Source: Pseudomonadota bacterium
GTDB taxonomy: Bacteria; Pseudomonadota; Alphaproteobacteria; Rhizobiales; Xanthobacteraceae
Direction of reading: 5' to 3'
Assembly: GCA_040386115.1 (NCBI GenBank)
Contig: JAZKGC010000086.1
Span: forward strand, 5,034 to 69,033
DNA length: 64,000 nt
Part shown: positions 37,501 to 45,558 of the stretch, piece by piece
How positions within the stretch are numbered: the first letter of the stretch is position 1
Layout: every line of letters starts with the position of its first letter
The notes under the pieces: model-generated
What the model was told of the DNA's origin: nothing
What the model saw: only the letters and a program-made list of their open reading frames with translations
Database searches by the model: none
Program-made: the position numbers and the translations under genes

Positions 37501-37590
37501 CACGTCGCCGGTGATCTCCCGCGACAGACGCGCGGCAAGCGCGCTGTCCCGCGCCGTCACCTTCCCGAAACCGGCTTTCTGAGGAGCCAT
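34579..37590 (-). CDS. FAD-binding / Fe-S / CCG-domain 2-hydroxyacid dehydrogenase (GlcD-GlcF fusion type)
   Basis: RGGGTSQCGQ, GSEGTL, SGEHGDG, LNPGKI, CVSCKACRHECP, two CCG motifs, GTSCRHQ. Confidence 0.88.
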   Translation of the reverse strand: MAPQKAGFGKVTARDSALAARLSREITGDVLFDPFDLGRYATDASFYQIKPFGVVVPRTIEDALRAMAIARDDGRIVTPRGGGTSQCGQTVNNGIVVDVSKYLNKIISLDVEKRTCVVEPGIVLDDLNRQLKKHGLWFPVDVSTASRATIGGMAGNNSCGGRSLRYGTMRDNTISMDAALADGTLLHFGEVPRDRAWQNTEQPGRDLFRDMLALGEREAGEIAARFPHVQRRVGGYNLDALTPHPVNNMAHLLVGSEGTLAFTTRVELKLWPLIKNKVFGVCHFGSFYEAMDAAQHLVTLKPIAVELVDSTMIALGRDIAMFRPIIEAVVKGEPEALLVVEFAEETHADNLARLKELGDLMGDLGFGWNEPKRRWGGVVEVIEPAMQAAISDFRTSGLNIMMSMKQEGKPVSFVEDCAVPLPHLADYTERLNKIFEKHGTHGTMYAHASEGCLHVRPVLNLKLDKDVKAMRAIAEETFAMVREYKGSHSGEHGDGIVRSEFHEQMFGSRIVHAFEEVKERFDPDNTLNPGKIVHPPRMDDRALFRYAPDYKIDRITTVLDWSVYPGAAGGFQGAVEMCNNNGACRKLEGGVMCPSYRATRNEKDVTRGRANTLRLAISGQLGPDALASDEMMQTMQLCVSCKACRHECPTGVDMAKMKIEVLAARVAQHGLTLRDRMVGYLPHYAAMASRFAWLANLRNKSQILRWLFEEVAGISAARDLPKFRRDVFAPAGESFGPEGGREVVLFADTFNRAYERENLDAALRVLIDGGYRVHIPRAEDGGRPLCCGRTFLSAGLVDNAKAELGRVVETLIPFAERGVPIVGLEPSCLLTLRDELLSLRPDDAAKTVSTQALLFEEFLVREAEAGRLQLPLGAINKSALVHGHCHQKSFGAFAPVEKILQLIPGLKVTTIESSCCGMAGAFGYGAETYDVSLEMAELSLLPAVRGAADDTLIVADGTSCRHQIKDGSGRGALHVARVLAISLDQGAANAPHFLEDPLTRTRQ

Positions 37591-37651
37591 TATTCAATCT
37601 CGAATGGATCGATCCCGCAGGCGCGCAGGAGTGCGGCTCGCCGGATCGCGA

Positions 37652-38392
37652 TCAGGTCGCCGGTGCGCGCAGCGCCGACACATCGGCTGACGCTTCAGTC
37701 GATTGATGCTCGCGCAGATACTCGCACACGGCGTCGCATTTGCCACGCATGTGGTCGAACATCAGGCGGCTCAACAGGTCGCCGTCGCGGCGGCGCAGGG
37801 CATCGACAATCGCTTCATGCTCGCGCATTGCATCGCTCAGCCGGTCGCGGTTCACAAGGTTCGCCGAATAGCGCAAGCGTCTCACCAGCGCGTTCGCGGT
37901 GGCATAGCTTGAACTCAGGAACGGGTTGGCAGCAGCGTCCACGATGGCCTGATGGATATTCTGGTTGAGGCGGAAGTAATCCGCCAGTTCCTGCCGCAGG
38001 TAATGAGCATACATCTCCAGATGCATGCGTTCGATCGCGGCGATATCCGCGTCCGAAATCCGCTCGCACGCCATGCGACCCGCAGTGAAATCCAGGCCTG
38101 CGATCAGATCGAACAGGTTTCGGATATCGGTCTCGGAGAACTGGCGAACTCGCGCGCCGCGATTGGGCAGCAATTCGATCAGCCCTTCGGAGGCGAGAAC
38201 CTTGAGTGCTTCGCGCAGCGGCGTGCGCGACACGTCGAAGCGTTCGCAAAGTTCGCGCTCGGGAATGCGGCTGCCCGGCTGGAGCTGCCCTTCGACAATG
38301 AAATCCCGAAGCTGGCCAAGCAGATCGTCGTGAAGCGACGCGGGCGAGGTCTCGACGACTTCCAGCGAGTTGGCTCTCAAAAGATTATTCAA
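37652..38392 (-). CDS. GntR (FadR/FCD) family transcriptional regulator
   Basis: ELCERFDVSRTPLREALKVL HTH, N..IH and EH FCD motifs; TTG start at 38392 chosen from a GAGGAA RBS. Confidence 0.88.
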   Translation of the reverse strand: MNNLLRANSLEVVETSPASLHDDLLGQLRDFIVEGQLQPGSRIPERELCERFDVSRTPLREALKVLASEGLIELLPNRGARVRQFSETDIRNLFDLIAGLDFTAGRMACERISDADIAAIERMHLEMYAHYLRQELADYFRLNQNIHQAIVDAAANPFLSSSYATANALVRRLRYSANLVNRDRLSDAMREHEAIVDALRRRDGDLLSRLMFDHMRGKCDAVCEYLREHQSTEASADVSALRAPAT

Positions 38393-38522
38393 AATTCTGT
38401 TCCTCAAGACTGCGGACCGCTCAAAGCCTGATTTCGAAAAGCGGCTAAAGCTTAGAAAATCACTGCAACAAGCTTGCGTAGATCAGAAATAGCTGAGTTT
38501 CGTGTTGTGAAAAAGAATAATC

Positions 38523-38576
38523 TGAATACAATCTGGCCCAACAATATCTTGCAACGCACAAAACTTTGCATTCAAA
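38523..38576. promoter_or_regulatory. Putative GntR/FadR operators (TGnATnCA)
   Basis: TGAATACA (38523-30) and TTTGCATTCAAA (38565-76) in the AT-rich divergent intergenic region. Confidence 0.45.
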
Positions 38577-38598
38577 AATCCGCTGGGGAGCGCCGAGG

Positions 38599-39813
38599 AT
38601 GCCGAATTCGACAGTTCATACTGGGCGGCATTTTCTTCAGATCCCGGGGCCGACGAATGTTCCCGATCGCGTGTTGCGCGCGATGGACATGCCGACCATC
38701 GATCATCGCGGGCCGGAGTTCGCGCAGCTTGGGCTCGAGGTTCTCGACGGCTGCAAGAAGGTCTTCAAGACCAGGAACCCGGTTGTGATCTATCCGTCAT
38801 CTGGAACGGGCGCGTGGGAAGCCGCCATCGTCAACACGCTTTCGCCCGGCGACAAGGTGCTGATGGTGGAGACGGGCCACTTCGCAACGCTGTGGCGTGC
38901 GCTTGCAGTGAAGATGAAACTCGAGGTTGAATTCGTTCCGGGAGACTGGCGCCGCGGCGTCAACGCCGCCGATATCGAAGAGCGGCTTGGCAAGGACAAG
39001 CAGCATCTCATCAAGGCCGTGATGGTGGTGCATAGCGAGACATCGACAGGCGTTGCCAGCCGCATCCACGACGTTCGCAAGGCGATGGACAGCGCCAAGC
39101 ATCCGGCTCTCCTGATGGTGGACTCGATCTCGGGCCTTGGCTCGATCGATTACGAGCATGACGCCTGGGGCGTGGACGTCACGGTGTCGTGCTCGCAGAA
39201 GGGACTGATGCTGCCGCCCGGTCTCGGCTTCAACGCAATTTCCGACAAGGCGCTTGCCGCCACCAAAACCAGCACGTCAGTCCGCTCCTACTGGGACTGG
39301 CACGAGATCCTCGCCGCCAACAAGGGCGGTTCGTGGTCCTACACGCCGGCAACCAATCTGCTTTACGGTTTGAAGGAAGCCATTGCGATGCTTCTGGAGG
39401 AGGGGCTGGACAATGTGTTCACCCGCCACAAGCGTTATTCGGCGGCAACGCGCGCTGCGGTGAGCGCGTGGGGTCTCGAAAATCTTTGCCTTGAACCGCT
39501 GGAATATTCTCCGATCACGACCGCCGTGGTGATGCCGGAGGGGCATGACGCCGATCAGTTCCGCAAGGTCACGCTCGACAACTTCGATATGTCGCTGGGC
39601 TCGGGGCTGAGCAAGATCAAGGGAAAGGTGTTCCGTATCGGGCACCTCGGGCATTTCAACGACCTGATGCTGATGGGTACGCTCGCGGGCGTCGAGATGG
39701 CACTTGGTTTGGCCAAGGTGCCGCATCGCAAGGGCGGCGTCATGGCGGCAATGGATGTTTTGACGGGACGCGGAGCAACGTCATCGTCGCATGCGAAGAC
39801 GGCGGTTGCGTAA
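38599..39813 (+). CDS. Class V aminotransferase, serine-glyoxylate aminotransferase-like
   Basis: FLQIPGPTNVPDR, SGTGAWEAA, ETSTG, SQKGLMLPPG (PLP Lys), FRIGHLG. Confidence 0.88.
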   Translation: MPNSTVHTGRHFLQIPGPTNVPDRVLRAMDMPTIDHRGPEFAQLGLEVLDGCKKVFKTRNPVVIYPSSGTGAWEAAIVNTLSPGDKVLMVETGHFATLWRALAVKMKLEVEFVPGDWRRGVNAADIEERLGKDKQHLIKAVMVVHSETSTGVASRIHDVRKAMDSAKHPALLMVDSISGLGSIDYEHDAWGVDVTVSCSQKGLMLPPGLGFNAISDKALAATKTSTSVRSYWDWHEILAANKGGSWSYTPATNLLYGLKEAIAMLLEEGLDNVFTRHKRYSAATRAAVSAWGLENLCLEPLEYSPITTAVVMPEGHDADQFRKVTLDNFDMSLGSGLSKIKGKVFRIGHLGHFNDLMLMGTLAGVEMALGLAKVPHRKGGVMAAMDVLTGRGATSSSHAKTAVA

Positions 39814-39926
39814 CGCGGTGTTCGCGCAGGCACCTGACTGGAGACTCTGTAATCCGCAGCATAGCGGAACGTAACAGCAAGGCCCGGCAAAAGCCCGGCT
39901 TCATATAAAGACACAGGGAGAAGACA

Positions 39927-40910
39927 ATGAAGAACCTCATCAAAGCCACGAGTGTGCTTGCGATCATGGCGGCCAGCGCGCCCGCCATTGCCTGGGAGCC
40001 GGCGAAGCCGGTGGAGATCGTCGTCGCCGCGGGCGCCGGCGGTGCATCCGACCAGATGGCGCGCATGATGCAGGCAGCCATCCAGAAAAATAATCTGATG
40101 AAGCAGCCCGTCATCGTGTCGCTGAAGGGCGGCGCGTCGGGCGCGGAAGCGCTGATGTACATGAAGGGCAGCGACGGCGACCCGAACAAGGTGCTGATCG
40201 CCTATTCGCTGATTTACATGCTGCCGCTGTCGGCGAAAATTCCGTTCAATTGGCGCGATCTGACGCCGGTGTCTGTGATCGCGATGGACCAGTTCGTGCT
40301 GTGGGACAACGCCGCCGGTCCGAAGACCGTGAAGGATTTCATCGCCGCTGCGAAGGCGTCCAGTTCGCCGTTCAAGATGGGCGGCACCGGCTCCAAGCGT
40401 GAGGATCATGTGCTGACCGTCTTCATGGAAAAGAAGACCGGCGCGAAGTTCTCCTATTTGCCATACAAGTCGGGCGGCGAGGCCGCGACGCAGCTTGTCG
40501 GCAACCACACCGAAGCCAACGTCAATAATCCTTCCGAGAACCTCGAAGTGTGGCGTGCCGGACAGGTGCGCGCGTTGTGCGTGTTCGACAAGGAGCGCAT
40601 CGCCTACAAAACCAAGGTCACCGAGACGCAATCCTGGAACGATATCCCGACCTGCAAGGAAGAGGGACTCGACATGCAGTACCTGATGCTGCGCGCGATG
40701 TTCCTGCCCGGCAAGGTGACGGCAGAGCAGACGGCGTTTTACGACGATCTGTTCAAGAAGGTAACGCAGACCACCGAGTACAAGGAATACATGGAAAAGC
40801 AAGCTCTCAAGCCGGTCTATATCACCGGCAAGGACATGCTCAAGTTCCTCGAAGAAGACGACACTCTCAACAAGTCGCTGATGACCGAAGCCGGCTTCGT
40901 CGCGAAGTAA
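39927..40910 (+). CDS. tctC: Tripartite tricarboxylate transporter substrate-binding protein (Bug)
   Basis: Signal peptide, P.KPVEIVV..GAGGASD..AR, PYKSGGEA, PTCKE.G. Confidence 0.87.
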   Translation: MKNLIKATSVLAIMAASAPAIAWEPAKPVEIVVAAGAGGASDQMARMMQAAIQKNNLMKQPVIVSLKGGASGAEALMYMKGSDGDPNKVLIAYSLIYMLPLSAKIPFNWRDLTPVSVIAMDQFVLWDNAAGPKTVKDFIAAAKASSSPFKMGGTGSKREDHVLTVFMEKKTGAKFSYLPYKSGGEAATQLVGNHTEANVNNPSENLEVWRAGQVRALCVFDKERIAYKTKVTETQSWNDIPTCKEEGLDMQYLMLRAMFLPGKVTAEQTAFYDDLFKKVTQTTEYKEYMEKQALKPVYITGKDMLKFLEEDDTLNKSLMTEAGFVAK

Positions 40911-40921
40911 AAATGTTTGCA

Positions 40922-41040
40922 CCCCGAATGCAGTGCGGCACGACGTGCCGCGCTGCTGATCCGGGGCCGCCCCGAAACTCCCGTCCGCAATGGTCCCGGC
41001 TCTGCGGAGCAGCGTGAAGAACGCTGCACCGCGTCCGGGA
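40922..41040. repeat. Double-hairpin REP-like element (family D)
   Basis: CCCCGAATGCAG..CTGCTGATCCGGGG and TCCCGGCTCTGCGGAGCAGCGT-gaaga-ACGCTGCACCGCGTCCGGGA, between tctC and tctB. Confidence 0.7.
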
Positions 41041-41090
41041 AAGGCTCCTCCATCGAACCGTGCCGCTCACCGTCAGCAGTCAGAAATCCC

Positions 41091-41630
41091 ATGGCCAAAG
41101 ACATCGAAATCGTCGTCGAAGATCCCACCGCGCCGGACGAGAATTCACCGGCCGTCACGAATACCCGCACCGTCGAAGCGGCGGTGATGGTGCTGCTGCT
41201 CGCGCTGGCGATTGTTCTCGGCGTCGATAACTGGCGCACCGGCGCGTCTTGGGATTCGACCGGCCCGCAGGCGGGATACTTTCCGTTCTATCTCTCCATC
41301 ATTCTGGGCGGCGCGGCGCTTTACGGGCTGGCCGGTATCGCTCTGAAGCGCCACGAAGCCTCCGGGACGTTCGTGACCCGCGCGCAGCTTCGCCGCGTCT
41401 TGCAGGTGTTCGTGCCGACGCTGCTGTTCTGTCTCGCGATGCAATGGCTCGGCCTTTATGTGGCGAGCTTCCTGCTGATCGCGGGCTTCATGGCGATCGT
41501 CGGCAAGATTGCATGGTGGAAGTCGCTGCTCACCGCGTTCGTGTTCGTGGCAATCATGTTCGGGACATTCGACGTCGCCTTCGACGTCATCATGCCGAAG
41601 GGGCCGCTCGAAGCGGCCTTTGGACGTTGA
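41091..41630 (+). CDS. tctB: TTT small membrane subunit
   Basis: GPQAGYFP, 4-5 TM segments, F...F.V.MPKGP end; the ORF-track extension is REP sequence. Confidence 0.85.
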   Translation: MAKDIEIVVEDPTAPDENSPAVTNTRTVEAAVMVLLLALAIVLGVDNWRTGASWDSTGPQAGYFPFYLSIILGGAALYGLAGIALKRHEASGTFVTRAQLRRVLQVFVPTLLFCLAMQWLGLYVASFLLIAGFMAIVGKIAWWKSLLTAFVFVAIMFGTFDVAFDVIMPKGPLEAAFGR

Positions 41631-41666
41631 GATTCCGGGACGGTAAGATTTTGGGACGCTAGGGCA
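41622..41666 (+). repeat. 16-bp-period repeat (x3) echoing the tctB 3' end
   Basis: GGACGT-TGA-GATT / GGACGG-TAA-GATT / GGACGC-TAG-GGCA. Confidence 0.72.
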
Positions 41667-41671
41667 CGATC

Positions 41672-43183
41672 ATGGAAGCATTCGGTCTGTTAATGCACGG
41701 CTTCTCCGTCCTCCTGACGTGGAAAATCCTTTCGCTGATGATGGTCGGGCTGGTGCTCGGCATCTTCGTCGGCGTGCTGCCGGGTCTCGGCGGTCCCAAC
41801 GGCGTCGCGATCCTGCTGCCGCTGACCTTCACCATGGACCCGACGTCGGCCATCGTGATGCTGTCCTGCATCTACTGGGGCGCGCTGTTCGGCGGCGCGA
41901 TCACCTCGATCCTTTTCAACATTCCGGGCGAGGCGTGGTCGGTGGCGACGACGTTCGACGGCTATCCCATGGCGCAGCAGGGCAAAGCCGCCGAGGCGTT
42001 GACCGCTGCGTTCACCTCGTCGTTCATCGGCTCGCTGGTCGCGGTGCTGCTGATTACATTTCTGGCGCCGAGCATTGCCGGCTTCGCGCTCAAGTTCGGG
42101 CCGCCGGAATTTTTCGCGGTCTATCTTCTCACGTTCTGCTCGTTCGTCGGTCTGGGCCGCGAGGCGAAGCACAAGACCGTCATTTCAATGGCGCTGGGGC
42201 TGCTGCTCGCCGGTGTCGGCCTCGATACGGTGTCGGGCCAGTTGCGCATGACGTTCGGCTCCACGGACCTGCTGCGCGGCGTCAACTTCCTCGTCGCGGT
42301 CATCGGCCTGTTCGGCATCAGCGAAATCCTGTTGACGATGGAGGAACGCCTCGCGCTGCGCGGTCATGCCGCGCGCATCAGCCTGCGCACGGTCATCGGC
42401 GTGTGGAAGGAAATGCCGAAGTACTGGGCCACATTGCTGCGCTCGTCCGTGATCGGATGCTGGCTCGGCATCACGCCGGGCGGTGCCATCGCCGCATCGT
42501 TCATGGGCTACAATCTCGCCAAGCGATTTTCCAAGGACAAGGAGAGCTTCGGCAAGGGCCGCATTGAGGGCGTGTTCGCGCCAGAGACCGCAGCCCATGC
42601 GTCCGGCACGGCGGCGCTGTTGCCGATGCTGGCGCTCGGCATTCCGGGTTCCGGCACCGCGGCCATTCTGCTCGGCGGGCTGATGGTGTGGGGGCTCAAT
42701 CCCGGCCCGCTGCTGTTCGTGGAACACAAGGATTTCGTCTGGGGTCTGATCGCCTCGATGTACCTCGGCAATGTGGTCGGCCTCGTGCTGGTGCTGACGA
42801 CAGTGCCGATTTTCGCCTCCATCCTGCGCGTGCCGTTCGCGGCCATCGCGCCGATGATCGTGGTGTCGTGCGCCATCGGCGCTTATGCGATCCAGAACGC
42901 GATGTTCGACATCTGGCTGATGCTGCTGTTCGGCGTGGTCGGCTATGTGTTCAAGAAGATCGGCATTCCGCTGGCGCCGTTCACGCTGGCGCTGGTGCTC
43001 GGCAGCCGCGCGGAGGATGCGTTTCGCCTTTCCATGATCGGATCTGGCGGGGACGTGAAGGTGTTCTGGTCGAACGGGCTGGTCGGCACCATCACAACGC
43101 TGGCAATCGTGCTGCTGTTCTGGCCGCTGATCGACAAGGCTATCGAGGGATTGGGTCGGTTTCGGCGTCCGGCGCAGGCGTAG
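41672..43183 (+). CDS. tctA: TTT large membrane subunit
   Basis: GVLPGLG, YWGALFGGAITSIL.NIPG, DGYPMAQQG, LALGIPGS. Confidence 0.92.
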   Translation: MEAFGLLMHGFSVLLTWKILSLMMVGLVLGIFVGVLPGLGGPNGVAILLPLTFTMDPTSAIVMLSCIYWGALFGGAITSILFNIPGEAWSVATTFDGYPMAQQGKAAEALTAAFTSSFIGSLVAVLLITFLAPSIAGFALKFGPPEFFAVYLLTFCSFVGLGREAKHKTVISMALGLLLAGVGLDTVSGQLRMTFGSTDLLRGVNFLVAVIGLFGISEILLTMEERLALRGHAARISLRTVIGVWKEMPKYWATLLRSSVIGCWLGITPGGAIAASFMGYNLAKRFSKDKESFGKGRIEGVFAPETAAHASGTAALLPMLALGIPGSGTAAILLGGLMVWGLNPGPLLFVEHKDFVWGLIASMYLGNVVGLVLVLTTVPIFASILRVPFAAIAPMIVVSCAIGAYAIQNAMFDIWLMLLFGVVGYVFKKIGIPLAPFTLALVLGSRAEDAFRLSMIGSGGDVKVFWSNGLVGTITTLAIVLLFWPLIDKAIEGLGRFRRPAQA

Positions 43184-43192
43184 CGGGGCGCT

Positions 43193-43558
43193 TCAGCCCT
43201 GCGTCGCGCCGCTGACCTTGCAAGATCCTTCGGCGGCTTCATTGTCGATGAACGGGAATTTCGTCTTCTTGAACAGCTTTGTTGTCTTGGCCTTGACCGT
43301 CAAAGCGAGCCGCTGGTCCGTCTCGGTCTTCTTGCCGCCGACCTTGGACATGTAATCGCACTTCACGCGAATATCCTTCACGGGAAAATCGTTGTCGTTG
43401 GTCACGGTGATATCGGCGGTCCCGATATTGTTGGAGCCGGGCTTGCGCCATTTCTCGATCGATATCTTCACCTTGTCTCCGGGCTCGGCGGCGGGCGCGG
43501 CGCCGATCGTACCCAGCAGAAAAATCGCGGCGACGGCGGAAGCGATGAATGTCTTCAT
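43193..43558 (-). CDS. Secreted hypothetical protein, beta-rich, two Cys
   Basis: Signal peptide (MKTF...APAA), Lys-rich mature part, ITVTNDNDFPVKDIRVKC. Confidence 0.7.
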   Translation of the reverse strand: MKTFIASAVAAIFLLGTIGAAPAAEPGDKVKISIEKWRKPGSNNIGTADITVTNDNDFPVKDIRVKCDYMSKVGGKKTETDQRLALTVKAKTTKLFKKTKFPFIDNEAAEGSCKVSGATQG

Positions 43559-43708
43559 ATCGAATTCCCGACGGTTCAGGCATGGCCGCCAAAGCGGCGT
43601 AGCGTCAAAATCTGATAATTAAATGAGTAGCCATTGAGCAGGCGCGTTTCGCGGCTACTATAGCGAGGATCGAGAACGACCGGCAATGACTTTTGGACAG
43701 GGATTGCA

Positions 43709-45112
43709 ATGAGCGACATCTGGCGTCTTTCGGCTACCGATCTGGCATCGCAGATTCGGTCTCGAAAAATTTCGGCGAGGGAAGCGGCCACAGCCGCCCT
43801 CGCGCGCCTGGATGCCGTCAATCCGGCCATCAACGCCGTGATCGATCATCGGCCTGAAGAAACGCTGGCGCAAGCTGACGCTGTCGATGCGGTCATCGCC
43901 AATGGCGAAAATCCCGGCGCGCTCGGCGGCGTGCCCATTACGGTCAAGGTCAATATCGATCAGTCCGGATTTGCTACCACGAATGGCGTGCGGCTGCAGC
44001 GTGACCTGGTGGCGCAGACCAACAGCCCGGTGGTGGACAATCTGCGCAAGGCCGGCGCGGTGATCGTTGGACGGACTAACACACCGGCATTTTCCTACCG
44101 CTGGTTCACGACGAATTTGCTGCACGGCGACACGAAAAACCCGCGCGATCCGGGGATCACGCCCGGCGGTTCGTCGGGCGGCGCTGCGGCGGCCGTCACC
44201 TCGGGCATCGGCCATATCGCTCACGGCACCGACATTGCGGGCTCGATCCGTTATCCGGCCTACGCCTGCGGCATTCACGGGTTGCGGCCGACCCTTGGGC
44301 GCGTTCCGGCGTTCAATGCGTCGCTGCCCGAACGGCCGATCGGCCCGCAGATCACGGCAGTCTCCGGGCCGCTCGCGCGCACCGTCGGAGATGTGCGGCT
44401 GGCGCTTCATGCCATGGCGCAGCGGGATATCCGCGATCCGTGGTGGGTGCCGGCACCCCTCGAAGGTCCGGCCCGGCCAAAACGCGCGGCACTCTGTCTG
44501 CGCCCGGATGGATTGGAGACGGTGAAGGAAGTCGCGGCCGCCGTGGTAGATGCGGGCAAGCGGCTGGAGCGCGCCGGATGGACCGTCGAGGAAGTCACCG
44601 CGATTCCGCCCTTCGAGGAGGCTGCGGACTTGCAGATCAAGCTCTGGCTCGCGGACGGTTATGACGCGATGCTCGATGCGGCTGAGCGCGAGGGCGATCC
44701 CGGTGCGCTGGCGGTGCTGCGTGGCCATGAGAAGACCGCGCGCTCGCTCGATCTCGCCTCGTTCTCGAAGGCATTGACGCGGCGCGCGACACTGATCCGC
44801 GTCTGGGAAACTTTTTTCGAGACCTATCCCGTGATCGTGATGCCGCCGTGCGGCGAGCTTCCGTTTCCCGTCGGACTGGACCTGAAAGACGATGCATCAT
44901 TCGCGCGGGTGTGGCGGGCACAGATGCCGCAGATCGCGCTGCCGTTCATCGGCATGCCGGGACTGACCGTCTCGACGGGACTGGTTGGCCGCGTGCCGGT
45001 CGGCGTTCAGATCGTCGCCGGGCGCTACCGCGAAGACCTCTGCCTTCTTGCGGGCGAAGCCATCGAGGCCGGCGGGGTGCCGTCAAGTCCTATCGATCCG
45101 GCGCTGGCCTGA
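43709..45112 (+). CDS. Amidase-signature family amidase (indoleacetamide hydrolase-like)
   Basis: GVPITVK, PGGSSGG, GTDIAGSIR (Lys-cisSer-Ser triad). Confidence 0.9.
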   Translation: MSDIWRLSATDLASQIRSRKISAREAATAALARLDAVNPAINAVIDHRPEETLAQADAVDAVIANGENPGALGGVPITVKVNIDQSGFATTNGVRLQRDLVAQTNSPVVDNLRKAGAVIVGRTNTPAFSYRWFTTNLLHGDTKNPRDPGITPGGSSGGAAAAVTSGIGHIAHGTDIAGSIRYPAYACGIHGLRPTLGRVPAFNASLPERPIGPQITAVSGPLARTVGDVRLALHAMAQRDIRDPWWVPAPLEGPARPKRAALCLRPDGLETVKEVAAAVVDAGKRLERAGWTVEEVTAIPPFEEAADLQIKLWLADGYDAMLDAAEREGDPGALAVLRGHEKTARSLDLASFSKALTRRATLIRVWETFFETYPVIVMPPCGELPFPVGLDLKDDASFARVWRAQMPQIALPFIGMPGLTVSTGLVGRVPVGVQIVAGRYREDLCLLAGEAIEAGGVPSSPIDPALA

Positions 45113-45306
45113 AGGCGGCGCTTGGTCTGGAACACGCTTTCGGTATCCTGCAACAACTGTTGCGACCGCCGCACCAGACCCCGTCCGGTTCTGAGATCGC
45201 GATTGGCGACGTAAAGCAGGCGATGCCCTTCATCGACCAGTTCACGGGCAATTTTCATCCGCTCACTGAACGAGACGACCGCCATCGCTTTTTCCGCAGT
45301 GGTCAT
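45025..45306 (-). CDS. Small hypothetical protein; its tail overlaps the amidase 3' end
   Basis: ATG with a CAGGAG RBS; fills an otherwise empty gap; helical-looking N-terminal two-thirds. Confidence 0.45.
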   Translation of the reverse strand: MTTAEKAMAVVSFSERMKIARELVDEGHRLLYVANRDLRTGRGLVRRSQQLLQDTESVFQTKRRLQASAGSIGLDGTPPASMASPARRQRSSR

Positions 45307-45558
45307 GATCCGGCTCCTGTCCCGATATCAATGCACAGGTTGCCGGATTGTTCGCGTGGAAATCTGTGGATGCCCAATTTTTCCACTGAAAGCTGATTCG
45401 CCGCCAATGCCTTGGCGGAGGGGATCAATTTCCTGCTTCATTGAACCCGGCGAGGCGTGGGGCCGTCCAACAGGACCAGCGCCATGCAAAACCGTCTCCT
45501 TGCGGGAGGTGGAACGTCAGATATCCTCACCCAGGGGCAATTCGGGGTTATTGATCGG

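Noticed and set aside
40917-41090. N-terminal extension of TctB
   Set aside because: It is translated REP sequence; the ATG at 41091 gives a normal-length TctB.
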